This document shows positions 19,228 through 28,666 of a stretch of 64,000 nt of DNA, piece after piece (position 1 is the stretch's first letter; every line of letters starts with the position of its first letter). The translations under genes were made by a program, and so were the position numbers. Origin of the DNA: Geopsychrobacteraceae bacterium (GTDB lineage Bacteria; Desulfobacterota; Desulfuromonadia; Desulfuromonadales; Geopsychrobacteraceae); NCBI GenBank assembly GCA_963676795.2, contig CAXXTB010000002.1, forward strand, positions 1,696,001-1,760,000, written 5' to 3'. The notes beneath the pieces were generated by a model. The model was not told the origin of the DNA. It ran no database searches and saw only the letters and a list, made by a program, of their open reading frames with translations.

Positions 19228-19420
19228 TCATTTTGAGCAATTTGCTCTCAAGAACCATACATATTCACATAGTAACGAGCCAGACTCCCCAACCCGAAGT
19301 CAAGTCAATCAGTCAAGGACAATCCTTGACCAGGACGTTTGACTTTGGTTTTAATGGCCCCTGACGAAATCAGGGGCACTTTTTGCCATCCTTGAGCCTC
19401 AATATAAAGAAAACAGCCCG

Positions 19421-20617
19421 ATGCCTGCAGCCATACAGATTAAGCATAATAAAATTAACAAAGTTGCACTGGTCCTGACCTTTGGCCTGCTGAATGCCTT
19501 TGCACCCTTTGCGACTGATATGTATCTGTCGAGCTTTCCAAGCATTGCCGACAGCCTGCATTCCTCAATCGCGGAAGTTCAGTACAGCGTATCCACGTTC
19601 TTTATCGGCATTGCTGTTGGACAGCTACTCTACGGTCCCCTTATCGATCGATTCGGCCGCCGCCTGCCCTTGCTCATAGGCATAATGTTCTTCACGATTG
19701 GCGCTTTTTCCGCGATCTTTTCACCAACTATCGGCGCATTCAACGCGCTACGAGTCGTTCAGGCCGTTGGCGGCTGTTCCGGAATGATCATCAGTCGCGC
19801 CATCATCCAGGATCTGTTCAACACCAACGAAGCGGCTCGTGCACTTTCGATGATGATGATGGTTCAGGGAATCGGGCCTGTTGCGGCTCCGGTTATGGGG
19901 GGCTACATCTATAGCTTCTTTGGCTGGAAAGCTGTCTTTGTCTTCCTGACCCTGTTTGGTATCTGCTGCCTGTTAGCAACCTTGAGATATGTCCCCGAAA
20001 CCCTTGACACCCCTCGGCCAATCAATCCGAAGCAGATACTGGGCAATTTTACCCAGGTTCTTTCCAATCGGAGTTTTCTGGTTCCCCTGCTTTCCGGCAG
20101 CATGGCCCTGGCAACGATCTTTATTTTTATCAGTGCCTCCCCCTTTGTCTTTATGGTCCTGCACAAGGTCAGCAAAGAGCACTACACCTGGATCTTCGGC
20201 ATCTGCGCCTGCGGCATGCTGGTGGCCGCCCAGATCAACACCATGCTGCTCAAGCGCTTCTCCCCCTTGGCAATCCTTCGTGTGACCCTGATTTTCCTGA
20301 TCATCATGTCTGCCCTACTGATTGCCGTAACCACAACAGGTGAACTTAGCGCCTTTATCATTGTCCTGTTTTTCTGCATTGCTACAGTTCCGATCACTGC
20401 CGCCAACTCAACAGCTATTGCCATGTCAGCCTGCGGCAAAAATGCCGGAACGGCATCATCGCTGGTCGGGGTCACTCAATACATCATAGCCGGATTTATC
20501 AGTGCTCTGGTTGGATGGGTCCACAACGGAACGGCCTACCCTATGACGATTACCATGTGCCTGGTTGCCGTTTTGGCATTCATCATTCTACTGCTGAACG
20601 GCAGACAGCCCCGATAG
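19421..20617 (+). CDS. Bcr/CflA-family MFS efflux transporter
   Basis: PFATDMYLSSFP, GQLLYGPLIDRFGRR, AGTASSLVG. Confidence 0.92.
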   Translation: MPAAIQIKHNKINKVALVLTFGLLNAFAPFATDMYLSSFPSIADSLHSSIAEVQYSVSTFFIGIAVGQLLYGPLIDRFGRRLPLLIGIMFFTIGAFSAIFSPTIGAFNALRVVQAVGGCSGMIISRAIIQDLFNTNEAARALSMMMMVQGIGPVAAPVMGGYIYSFFGWKAVFVFLTLFGICCLLATLRYVPETLDTPRPINPKQILGNFTQVLSNRSFLVPLLSGSMALATIFIFISASPFVFMVLHKVSKEHYTWIFGICACGMLVAAQINTMLLKRFSPLAILRVTLIFLIIMSALLIAVTTTGELSAFIIVLFFCIATVPITAANSTAIAMSACGKNAGTASSLVGVTQYIIAGFISALVGWVHNGTAYPMTITMCLVAVLAFIILLLNGRQPR

Positions 20618-20805
20618 TTTTTTTAAAAACATAAACATTTAGCTTATTGCAAGCGCTGGTAGACAGGTTGAGAGTTGTCAGTCGCTGCCTTTTCTTATAA
20701 AGTTACAACTCATTTTAAAACTGTTACTCTCGCGCTATCCCCTTCATAACAAAACATAGCAAACTGCTATAACTCATCGCGTATCTTTGAATTTCTATTT
20801 CAACC

Positions 20806-20833
20806 TTGCTCTTCTATAAGACTGAGGTATAAA
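20806..20833 (+). promoter_or_regulatory. Promoter and operator of module 2 (GCTCTTCTATAAGACT, 20808-20823)
   Basis: 13/16 match; TTGCTC-N16-TATAAA. Confidence 0.6.
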
Positions 20834-20916
20834 TTTGGCATATCTTCTGTAAGCGTATCAGCTTTTCATTTGTGCAGGCAGGCTCCAATAAACAACAAAC
20901 AACCGGGAGGAACGCT

Positions 20917-21549
20917 ATGCAAGAACTGATTAATGCAATGGTCGAAATGGAGGAAGACAGATTCCTGGATTTGACCAAAGAATTGTTGGCATCAGGCGAG
21001 GATCCGAATGCTATTTTCCGCGCCTACCAGGAAGGCATGGCTGAAATAGGCAGACGTTTTGAACAGAATGAATTCTTCATTCCTGAGCTGATCATGGCCG
21101 GCGAAATGATGAATGACGGCGCCGAACTGATCAAACCCTATCTCGACGAGGATGCCAAAACTGTAACAAAAACGATTGGTTCCATGGTTCTTGCAACCAT
21201 TGAAGGCGATATCCACGATATCGGCAAGAACATCTACGGCATGATGATGGAACTGAGCGGCTTTGAAATCATCGATCTGGGTGTCGATGTGCCGGTAAAT
21301 ACCATCATCTCCAAAATCGAAGAGATTAAACCAGATTTATTGGGCATGAGTGGCCTGCTGACCCTCGCCTTCGATCCGATGAAGGAGGTTGTCGAGAAGC
21401 TAAAAGAAAAAGGCTTGCGAGATTCCACAAAGATCCTGGTCGGCGGTGGGCAGTTCGACCAGACCGTCTGCAACTTTGTTGGAGCAGACGGATTTGCGAC
21501 GGACGCTATTGTCGGCGTCAATATCTGCAAAGATTGGATGAAAGCATAA
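20917..21549 (+). CDS. Corrinoid protein, module 2
   Basis: Close paralog of 15649; GDIHDIGK; GGGAGG RBS. Confidence 0.93.
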   Translation: MQELINAMVEMEEDRFLDLTKELLASGEDPNAIFRAYQEGMAEIGRRFEQNEFFIPELIMAGEMMNDGAELIKPYLDEDAKTVTKTIGSMVLATIEGDIHDIGKNIYGMMMELSGFEIIDLGVDVPVNTIISKIEEIKPDLLGMSGLLTLAFDPMKEVVEKLKEKGLRDSTKILVGGGQFDQTVCNFVGADGFATDAIVGVNICKDWMKA

Positions 21550-21603
21550 GCTGATATTTTTTTGTTCGTTATCCAACTTATTTCTTTGATGATGGAGGTC
21601 GTT

Positions 21604-22911
21604 ATGGAAGACAAGCAAAGCAAATTTCTCGAAGATTGGGCCTCAGCAAAAAATGTAGAATTTGACAATGACGCAGCAAAAGAAGCCTATCTCTATCGAG
21701 CCAACCTCTTCAAGGATGCCATCGAGCTCAAGAAAACACCCGACAGGGTCCCCATCTATTCAATTGTCACCTTTGCCCCCATGTATGTTCTCAACGTCAA
21801 ACATAAAGACGCCATGTATGACGCCAATGTTCTGGGCAAAACCTATTACGACTTTACAGTAAAATATGACCTCGATGCTGCGAACACGCCGGTGTTGTGC
21901 AGCCACGGTCCGACCCTGGATGCACTTAAATATCTGCTCTACAAATGGCCCGGTGACGGCCTTCCAGACAACACGGCTTACCAGTTTGTCGAAAAGGAGT
22001 ACATGAAGGTAGAAGAGTACGATCACCTGATTCAGGATCCGACCGACTTCATGCTCAAGGTCTTCATGAGTCGCATTGCCGGCAACCTTAAACCCTTCAG
22101 TAAAATCGGAACCTTTTACGGTTTACATGAAATAGGGCTGTCAAACAGCCTGCTTATTTCGCTTGGGGCACCGGACGTCCAGGAAGCATTCATGGCCCTG
22201 CTTGAAGCCAGCAGACATCATTTCGACTGGATCAACAAGCTCGTTCCGCACATCCTCAAAACCATGAGCAGTGGCTACCCGTTCGGCTCTGGCGGGGCGG
22301 CAAAGGTTCCTTTTGATTTTCTGGGCGACAGCTTACGCGGAACAACCCAGCTGATGATGGATATGTATCGCCGGCCGGAAAAAGTACTTGAAGCCTGTGA
22401 GCGCCTCGTTCCACACATGGTCAAGATGGGTGCAGCCGATGCTCATGCCAACGGAAACCCGCTGGTCTTCATCCCACTCCACAAAGGAGCGGATGGCTTC
22501 ATGTCCAGTGCCCAGTTTGAAAAATTCTACTGGCCGAACATGAAAGCAGTGATGCTCGGTCTGATTGACGAAGGCTGCGTGCCGGTCTGTTTCGTCGAAG
22601 GGTCCTACAATGAAAGGCTCGACTATCTGACCGATCTCCCTAAGGGTAAATGCGTTTTCTATTTCGATAAGACCGACATGTCTATGGCCAGAAAGAAACT
22701 AAACGACATCGCCTGTATCGGTGGGGGCTTCCCAGTTTCCAAGATCCTGACCGGAACTCCTGAGCTGGTTGCCGATTCAACGAAAAAGCTCCTTGATGAA
22801 GCCGCCGGAGACGGTGGCTATATCCTGGGGATCGGCTGCTCCATGGATGAAGCCAAGGATGAAACACTGAAAGCATTTGTCAAAACCGGTCGGGATTACG
22901 GTCGGTACTGA
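21604..22911 (+). CDS. UroD-fold corrinoid methyltransferase (MT1-like), module 2
   Basis: Close paralog of 16326; FIPLHKGADGFMS, GIGCS. Confidence 0.85.
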   Translation: MEDKQSKFLEDWASAKNVEFDNDAAKEAYLYRANLFKDAIELKKTPDRVPIYSIVTFAPMYVLNVKHKDAMYDANVLGKTYYDFTVKYDLDAANTPVLCSHGPTLDALKYLLYKWPGDGLPDNTAYQFVEKEYMKVEEYDHLIQDPTDFMLKVFMSRIAGNLKPFSKIGTFYGLHEIGLSNSLLISLGAPDVQEAFMALLEASRHHFDWINKLVPHILKTMSSGYPFGSGGAAKVPFDFLGDSLRGTTQLMMDMYRRPEKVLEACERLVPHMVKMGAADAHANGNPLVFIPLHKGADGFMSSAQFEKFYWPNMKAVMLGLIDEGCVPVCFVEGSYNERLDYLTDLPKGKCVFYFDKTDMSMARKKLNDIACIGGGFPVSKILTGTPELVADSTKKLLDEAAGDGGYILGIGCSMDEAKDETLKAFVKTGRDYGRY

Positions 22912-22930
22912 AATATCTGAAAGAAAACAA

Positions 22931-22966
22931 CAATCAAACCCCGCAGAATATTGCGGGGTTTGATTG
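22931..22966 (+). terminator. Hairpin terminator after module 2
   Basis: CAATCAAACCCCGCA...TGCGGGGTTTGATTG. Confidence 0.7.
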
Positions 22967-23211
22967 CAATGGCTTGAGAAGGCAGTCGATTTTTTCTTGG
23001 CAAGTCAAAAAAACTGCACGCCGACCTCCCCTACAGAAGATTATTTACGAATCATCCAGCTATCTTCTGATCGAATACCCAGCTAATTCCTATAGAAGTC
23101 TCGTGGTCTTAAAAAACATCCCTTATAGAAAAAATCATCTAACCCATAGAAAATACGTCAACTAAAAATAAAACAACATATTGAATTTGCAAAAAATCAT
23201 CAATTTTACCA

Positions 23212-23240
23212 TTGTCTTCTATAAGACTATAGGCTATTGT
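23212..23240 (+). promoter_or_regulatory. Promoter and operator of module 3 (TGTCTTCTATAAGACT, 23213-23228)
   Basis: 14/16 match; TTGTCT-N17-TATTGT. Confidence 0.65.
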
Positions 23241-23309
23241 TTTACCGCACCGAACAGGGTTTCTCTATATGAAACAATTAACAGGGGTAAACAAAAAAGG
23301 AGGTAAGTT

Positions 23310-23942
23310 ATGCAAGAACTGATTAATGCCATGGTTGAGATGGAAGAGGATAAATTCCTCAGCCTGACCAAAGAACTGCTAGAAAAGGGCGAAGACCCGA
23401 ACGCAATCTTCCGCGCCTATCAGGAAGGGATGGCCGAAATCGGCAGACGTTTTGAACAGAACGAATTCTTCATCCCTGAGCTGATCATGGCTGGCGAGAT
23501 GATGAACGATGGCGCCGAGTTGATCAAACCCTACCTTGATGAGGATGCCCAGGCCGAAAAAACAAGCATCGGCACCATGGTTTTGGCCACCATCGAGGGC
23601 GATATCCACGATATCGGCAAGAACATCTACGGAATGATGATGGAACTGAGCGGCTTTGAAGTCATCGACCTTGGCGTTGACGTACCGGTCGATACCATCA
23701 TTGCCAAAGTTGAGGAAGTGAAGCCGGAACTGATCGGCATGAGCGGCCTGTTGACCCTGGCCTTTGACCCTATGAAAGCCGTTGTCGACAAGCTGAAGGA
23801 AAAAGGACTGCGTGATTCCGTTAAAGTCATGGTCGGTGGCGGTCAATTCGACCAGACGGTTTGTGACTTTATCGGCGCTGACGGATATTCCACCGATGCA
23901 GTCGTCGGCGTCAATATCTGCAAGGGCTGGCTTGAAGCGTAA
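23310..23942 (+). CDS. Corrinoid protein, module 3
   Basis: 210 aa; 19 differences from the module-1 protein by hand count; AGGAGG RBS. Confidence 0.93.
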   Translation: MQELINAMVEMEEDKFLSLTKELLEKGEDPNAIFRAYQEGMAEIGRRFEQNEFFIPELIMAGEMMNDGAELIKPYLDEDAQAEKTSIGTMVLATIEGDIHDIGKNIYGMMMELSGFEVIDLGVDVPVDTIIAKVEEVKPELIGMSGLLTLAFDPMKAVVDKLKEKGLRDSVKVMVGGGQFDQTVCDFIGADGYSTDAVVGVNICKGWLEA

Positions 23943-23991
23943 TACATTTAGTTCGTCAAATAAACTTAACACATACTTGTAGGGGGTAAGA

Positions 23992-25299
23992 ATGGAAGAC
24001 AAGCAGGATAAGTTTCTTGAAGAATGGGCATCAGGTGCTGGTATTGAATTTGAGAACGACGAAGTAAAAGCTGCTTACCAATATCGTACGAATCTGATCA
24101 AAGACGCAATTCAGCTCAAAAAGACTCCGGATCGTGTACCTGTCATGCCACTGGCATTCTGGGCGCCGATCGACCTTTACAACATCACTCCCAAAGACGC
24201 CATGTACGATACCGACGTACTGGGGCAGGCCTTCGTTGACTATTCTATCGATTACGCTCCAGACGCAACTGGCATTCCGCCGATGATCAGCCACGGCCCA
24301 ACCTTCGACATATTGAAATACAAAATGTATAAGTGGCCAGGCGGCGGTCTGCGTGACGACCTGACTTATCAGTACGTCGAGGACGAATATATGAAGGTTG
24401 AAGACTACGATCATCTGATCGATGATCCGTCCGATTTCTTCTGGCGTAAATACCTTGGCCGGGCCTTCGGCGCACTGGAGCCCTTTGCTGACATGGCTCC
24501 CCTATACGGTTCCGTAGAGATCACCCTGGTCAACTCCTTCCTCTGCTCCGTCGGCACCCCACCGATGCAGGAAGCGCTGGAAGCCCTGAAGCAGGCGGGC
24601 AAAACGAACTTTGACTGGATCTGCAAACTGCTGCCTTACATGGGCAAGATCGTCTCTTCGGGCTTTCCGATGTTTGCTGGTGGCGCTACAAAAGCTCCGT
24701 TCGACTACCTGGGTGACACTCTCCGTGGTACCACAGCCCTGATGATGGATATGTACCGTCGTCCAGAGAAGGTTCTTGCCGCCTGCGAAAGACTGACCCC
24801 GATCATGATCAAGAACGGCATTGCAGAGGCCAAAGCCAACGGTAACCCGATTGTCTTCATTCCGCTTCACAAAGGTGCGGACGGCTTCATGTCCGACAAA
24901 CAGTTCCAGAAGTTCTACTGGCCTGGTCTGAAAACCGTCATGGATGGACTGATTGAAGGCGGCTGCGTCCCTTGCTGCTTTGTTGAAGGCGGCTACAATG
25001 AGCGTCTCGACTACCTGGGTGACTTCCCAAAAGGTAAAGTCGCATACTACTTCGACAAAACAAACATGGCCGAAGCTCGCAAAAAACTCGAAGGCAAAGC
25101 GTGTATCGGTGGTGGTTTCCCGATCTCACAGATCCTCAAGGGAACGCCCGACGAGGTCGAGAGAGGCACCAAGGAACTGCTGGATACCGCAGCCGGAGAC
25201 GGCGGATACATCCTCGGTATCGGCTGTGCGATGGATGAGGCGAAGGAAGACACCCTCAAGCGCTTCATTCAGGTCGGTAAAGAATACGGTAAATATTAA
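23992..25299 (+). CDS. UroD-fold corrinoid methyltransferase (MT1-like), module 3
   Basis: PDRVP, FIPLHKGADGFMS, GIGCA. Confidence 0.85.
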   Translation: MEDKQDKFLEEWASGAGIEFENDEVKAAYQYRTNLIKDAIQLKKTPDRVPVMPLAFWAPIDLYNITPKDAMYDTDVLGQAFVDYSIDYAPDATGIPPMISHGPTFDILKYKMYKWPGGGLRDDLTYQYVEDEYMKVEDYDHLIDDPSDFFWRKYLGRAFGALEPFADMAPLYGSVEITLVNSFLCSVGTPPMQEALEALKQAGKTNFDWICKLLPYMGKIVSSGFPMFAGGATKAPFDYLGDTLRGTTALMMDMYRRPEKVLAACERLTPIMIKNGIAEAKANGNPIVFIPLHKGADGFMSDKQFQKFYWPGLKTVMDGLIEGGCVPCCFVEGGYNERLDYLGDFPKGKVAYYFDKTNMAEARKKLEGKACIGGGFPISQILKGTPDEVERGTKELLDTAAGDGGYILGIGCAMDEAKEDTLKRFIQVGKEYGKY

Positions 25300-25318
25300 A
25301 TATTAATTAGCACCTCCC

Positions 25319-25357
25319 AAGGCCATACCGGAACAGCATCCCGGTATGGCCTTTTTT
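25319..25357 (+). terminator. Rho-independent terminator
   Basis: AAGGCCATACCGG...CCGGTATGGCCTTTTTT. Confidence 0.85.
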
Positions 25358-25395
25358 ACTTCCCTTCCCTCGCAGGCGCATTAAATATTTTTGCC

Positions 25396-25424
25396 TTCCA
25401 TTTAGTCCTATATAAGACTATAGT
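25396..25424 (+). promoter_or_regulatory. Promoter and operator (AGTCCTATATAAGACT, 25404-25419)
   Basis: 15/16 match; TTCCAT-N17-TATAGT. Confidence 0.7.
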
Positions 25425-25552
25425 AAGTACACGAACTATCTCAAGGCACGAACAAGTCGTTCATGGCTGCACTATGCGCCCTGATCGTCAAAGAGCCGAA
25501 CTGGCAACAATCAACAAACAATGTTAACCATGTATTCTTGAAGGAGAAAAAG

Positions 25553-26938
25553 ATGGAAGAGTCAGGTACCACGCCACAGGGGGGACCACCACCATTGCCG
25601 GAGAACTGGTGCACCATGACCGGTGATGAAAAATTTGAATACTACACCAGCGGCTGGGCTTCAGCTGAAGGGAAGCAATTTGCCTCACCGGAAGCAGCGC
25701 AAAAATACGAGAAACACGCGCAACGCTTCCTCAACGCTGTAAAGCTCAAGGAAAGTGATGAAGTCCCGGTCTACTTCTTTCACGATGGCTTCATTCACAA
25801 GCACAACGGTCTCAAGGCGTCTGACTATTTTTACGAGACTGACAAGTATCTGGATGCCGCGAAAAACATGCACGTGGATTTCGACCTGGACTACAGCGCC
25901 CTGAGCATGATCATGTCGGGCCAGGCCATGGACACCCTGGATGTAAAATTGATGAAGTGGCCAGGCAGCAGGCTTGAGGCCCGCCGGCTTCCGGACAATG
26001 TCAACTTCCAATACGCCGAAGGTGAGTTCATGCACGCCTCGGAGTACGAGGAGTTGATCAACAATCCTGAAGGCTTCATTCTGCGCAAATTCATTCCGCG
26101 GACCTGCACGAAACTGGCTGGACTGGCCGCTGTTCCAAACCTGTTCAACGTTGTCGAATCGGCCTGCATCACCGGCACCCTGCTCGGATTGGGTCAGGGC
26201 TCACCAGCCAGGCAGGCCCTGGAGACTCTCCTCAAGGCCGCCGATGAAAGTACCGAAGTCATGCTTAAGTTCATCGGTGCCAACATGGATATCGCCGGTA
26301 CCTACGGGGCTCCAGCCATTACTGGAGGCGCGGCCTTTACCCCGTACGATATGATCGGCGATACCATGCGCTGCACCATGGGGATGATGAAAGACCTGAT
26401 TCGCCACCCTGACCTGGTCAAAAGAGCCTGCGAAGCGCTCGTCCCCATGAGTGTCCAGATGGCGGTGCAACAGGCCGAAGTGACAAGAAACCCGTTCATG
26501 TTCATTCCGCTGCACAAAGGTGCTGACGGTTTCATGTCGAACAAGCAGTTCAAGGAAATCTACTGGCCGGCTGTAAAACAGTCCTTCCTCGGCATGATTG
26601 AAAATGGTGTCATTCCTTTTGCCTTTGTTGAAGGTGCTTACAACCAGCGCTTGGACATTATGGCCGAAGATCCACTGCCAGCTGGAAAGTCAATCTGGCT
26701 CTTTGACCGCACCGACATGAAAGCCGTCAAAGAGAAAATCGGTCCATGGGCCTGTTTTGGTGGCAACGTTCCTGCCTCGCTTTTCAAGCAGGCCAGCGCC
26801 CAGGACATGACAAACTACTGCAAGAACCTGATTGAAACCTGCGCACCGGGGGGGGGCTTCTTTGTCGCACCGGGTGCGGTTATTGACGATGCGGAAGTTG
26901 AAAATGTTCATGCATTCTTGAAGTGCGGCAGAAAATAA
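25553..26938 (+). CDS. Stand-alone, divergent UroD-fold corrinoid methyltransferase
   Basis: FIPLHKGADGFMS, FGGNVP; distal motif reads APGA instead of GIGC; AAGGAG RBS. Confidence 0.82.
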   Translation: MEESGTTPQGGPPPLPENWCTMTGDEKFEYYTSGWASAEGKQFASPEAAQKYEKHAQRFLNAVKLKESDEVPVYFFHDGFIHKHNGLKASDYFYETDKYLDAAKNMHVDFDLDYSALSMIMSGQAMDTLDVKLMKWPGSRLEARRLPDNVNFQYAEGEFMHASEYEELINNPEGFILRKFIPRTCTKLAGLAAVPNLFNVVESACITGTLLGLGQGSPARQALETLLKAADESTEVMLKFIGANMDIAGTYGAPAITGGAAFTPYDMIGDTMRCTMGMMKDLIRHPDLVKRACEALVPMSVQMAVQQAEVTRNPFMFIPLHKGADGFMSNKQFKEIYWPAVKQSFLGMIENGVIPFAFVEGAYNQRLDIMAEDPLPAGKSIWLFDRTDMKAVKEKIGPWACFGGNVPASLFKQASAQDMTNYCKNLIETCAPGGGFFVAPGAVIDDAEVENVHAFLKCGRK

Positions 26939-26961
26939 ACCATCTTTGCCATCAAACACAG

Positions 26962-27002
26962 AAACGGCGCATGCCTTCGGGAGGCACGCGCCGTTTTTTT
27001 TT
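26962..27002 (+). terminator. Rho-independent terminator between convergent genes
   Basis: AAACGGCGCATGCC...GGCACGCGCCGTTTTTTTTT. Confidence 0.85.
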
Positions 27003-27044
27003 CAATCCCAGATACGACAAAGTTACAGGAGCCCGAAGCTCCAT

Positions 27045-27707
27045 TCAAAATAACGGAACCGACTCGCCAGGTTGGCAGATCACAAAACGTTCGTTATCCC
27101 AGTTACCACTGAGCAAATCAGCCAACAGGGTCAAATCGGAAATGAATTTTTTAAAATCAAGGCCGTGGCTCTTAGCCAACAGCTTGCACTCGGAGAGAAC
27201 CTCCGATCGTTCAACATGTTCAATCAAGCCAAGTGTCGAATAATGCTTCAGAGCAAGCCGAACAATTCTCTCTCTCTGCTCCTCCGAAAAACCATCCAGC
27301 CCCTTTTTGCATTGACAGAAAATATCCATCTCCGTGCCGATCCAGTCAGGTTCCAGAAAAAAGCTTCCAGGGTTCTCTGCCTGGATCTCTCTATGTCGCT
27401 CACGCGAGCCCAGTAACAGCCCGACACAGTCATCGACCTTCGGAATAATCAGACGACTTATTTTAGATTTCAGCCGTTCGACAGACCGGCCACAAAGACC
27501 ATATGCAAGAACGATATCACAGCCATCTTCTTCAAGCCGGTCGATTTCATGCTGCAAGTGAGCCCTTAAATTGTCCGGATTCAGGTGCAACTGAACATCC
27601 AGAGTGACAATCTCTGAAAATTCTGTTGTATTATGAAGCATTATGAGATGCTTGAGCGCATGACAACAGATCAATTTTGCCTTTAACGCAACCATAACTT
27701 TGCCCAT
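27045..27707 (-). CDS. DUF1638-like protein (second copy)
   Basis: LICC, QLHLNPDNL, LAYGLCG, DDCVGLLLG, PGSFFL. Confidence 0.8.
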   Translation of the reverse strand: MGKVMVALKAKLICCHALKHLIMLHNTTEFSEIVTLDVQLHLNPDNLRAHLQHEIDRLEEDGCDIVLAYGLCGRSVERLKSKISRLIIPKVDDCVGLLLGSRERHREIQAENPGSFFLEPDWIGTEMDIFCQCKKGLDGFSEEQRERIVRLALKHYSTLGLIEHVERSEVLSECKLLAKSHGLDFKKFISDLTLLADLLSGNWDNERFVICQPGESVPLF

Positions 27708-27892
27708 ATAACGATCAAATAGAACAAACTAAAACAGGTTCAGAATATCACATTCCTCTATACTTCTATATCATTTTTAGCTACAATTGCACATGTTATG
27801 CAATCAGCAAGATATTGTAATTTCAATACAGAGGTATAGGATCTTCTCATGAGCCACACAACCGAATGAGAACTTGAGAGAAAGAGACTATA

Positions 27893-28666
27893 GTGAAAGA
27901 ACAAGTCAACAGAAAAAAAGGGGCGACACCTGCGTATGCCCAGCTTGCAAACATCATAAAAAATGGCATTGCAACCGGCAAGCTCAAGCCCGGTGAACGG
28001 ATCCCTTCAGAATCCAATCTGGCCAAGGAATTCGGCGTCAGTCCCATGACAGCACGCCAGGCGGTCAACGTACTGGTTGAAGAAGAACTGGTCAACCGCA
28101 TCCATGGCAGTGGGACATTTGTCAAAAAAATTGATGTCGGTACGACATCCTTTGGGTTGGACGTTCTCGACCATATTCTTTTTGACACAAAGAATTTGAA
28201 GGTTCGTATTTTACAATCTTCGATAGTAAAAGTCTCAAACGAGATTCGCCATGCCTTACATCTTGACGAATCAACTCCGGTTATATGTGCGTCCCGTCTT
28301 ATCATCCACAAGGACAAGCCATTTTCCATCCAGACCTCATATCTGCCGTTTGATCCGAATGAACCTGTCATTGAAAACATGCTCGAAACAACAGGACTCT
28401 GTGGCTTTTTTCATGCGGAAAACCATGCCGGATACAAGAAGGGGATCATCAATCTGTTCCCTTGGCACCTGAGCCCTACTGAGATGGCGATGCTCGCATT
28501 AAGCGAAGACCGTGGTGCCTTCAAGCTCGAATATACCTATTACGATTTCACTGACAGGCCAAGCAATTACGGTTGGTTCATAATTCCTCAGGATCAACTG
28601 CCCCTTAGTAGCAAAGTTGGAGTATGGAATGATCACGAAGTTGAAGCCCAAACAAGCAGTATCTAG
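27893..28666 (+). CDS. GntR-family regulator, HutC subfamily (wHTH plus UTRA-like domain)
   Basis: YAQLA...PGERIPSESNLAKEFGVSPMTARQAV...HGSGTFV; alpha/beta C-terminal domain. Confidence 0.9.
   Translation: MKEQVNRKKGATPAYAQLANIIKNGIATGKLKPGERIPSESNLAKEFGVSPMTARQAVNVLVEEELVNRIHGSGTFVKKIDVGTTSFGLDVLDHILFDTKNLKVRILQSSIVKVSNEIRHALHLDESTPVICASRLIIHKDKPFSIQTSYLPFDPNEPVIENMLETTGLCGFFHAENHAGYKKGIINLFPWHLSPTEMAMLALSEDRGAFKLEYTYYDFTDRPSNYGWFIIPQDQLPLSSKVGVWNDHEVEAQTSSI

Noticed and set aside
27757..27840. Autoregulatory operator in the DUF1638/GntR divergent promoter
   Set aside because: Best match to the palindrome is about 10/16 in AT-rich DNA; a weak inverted pair exists but is not distinguishable from chance.
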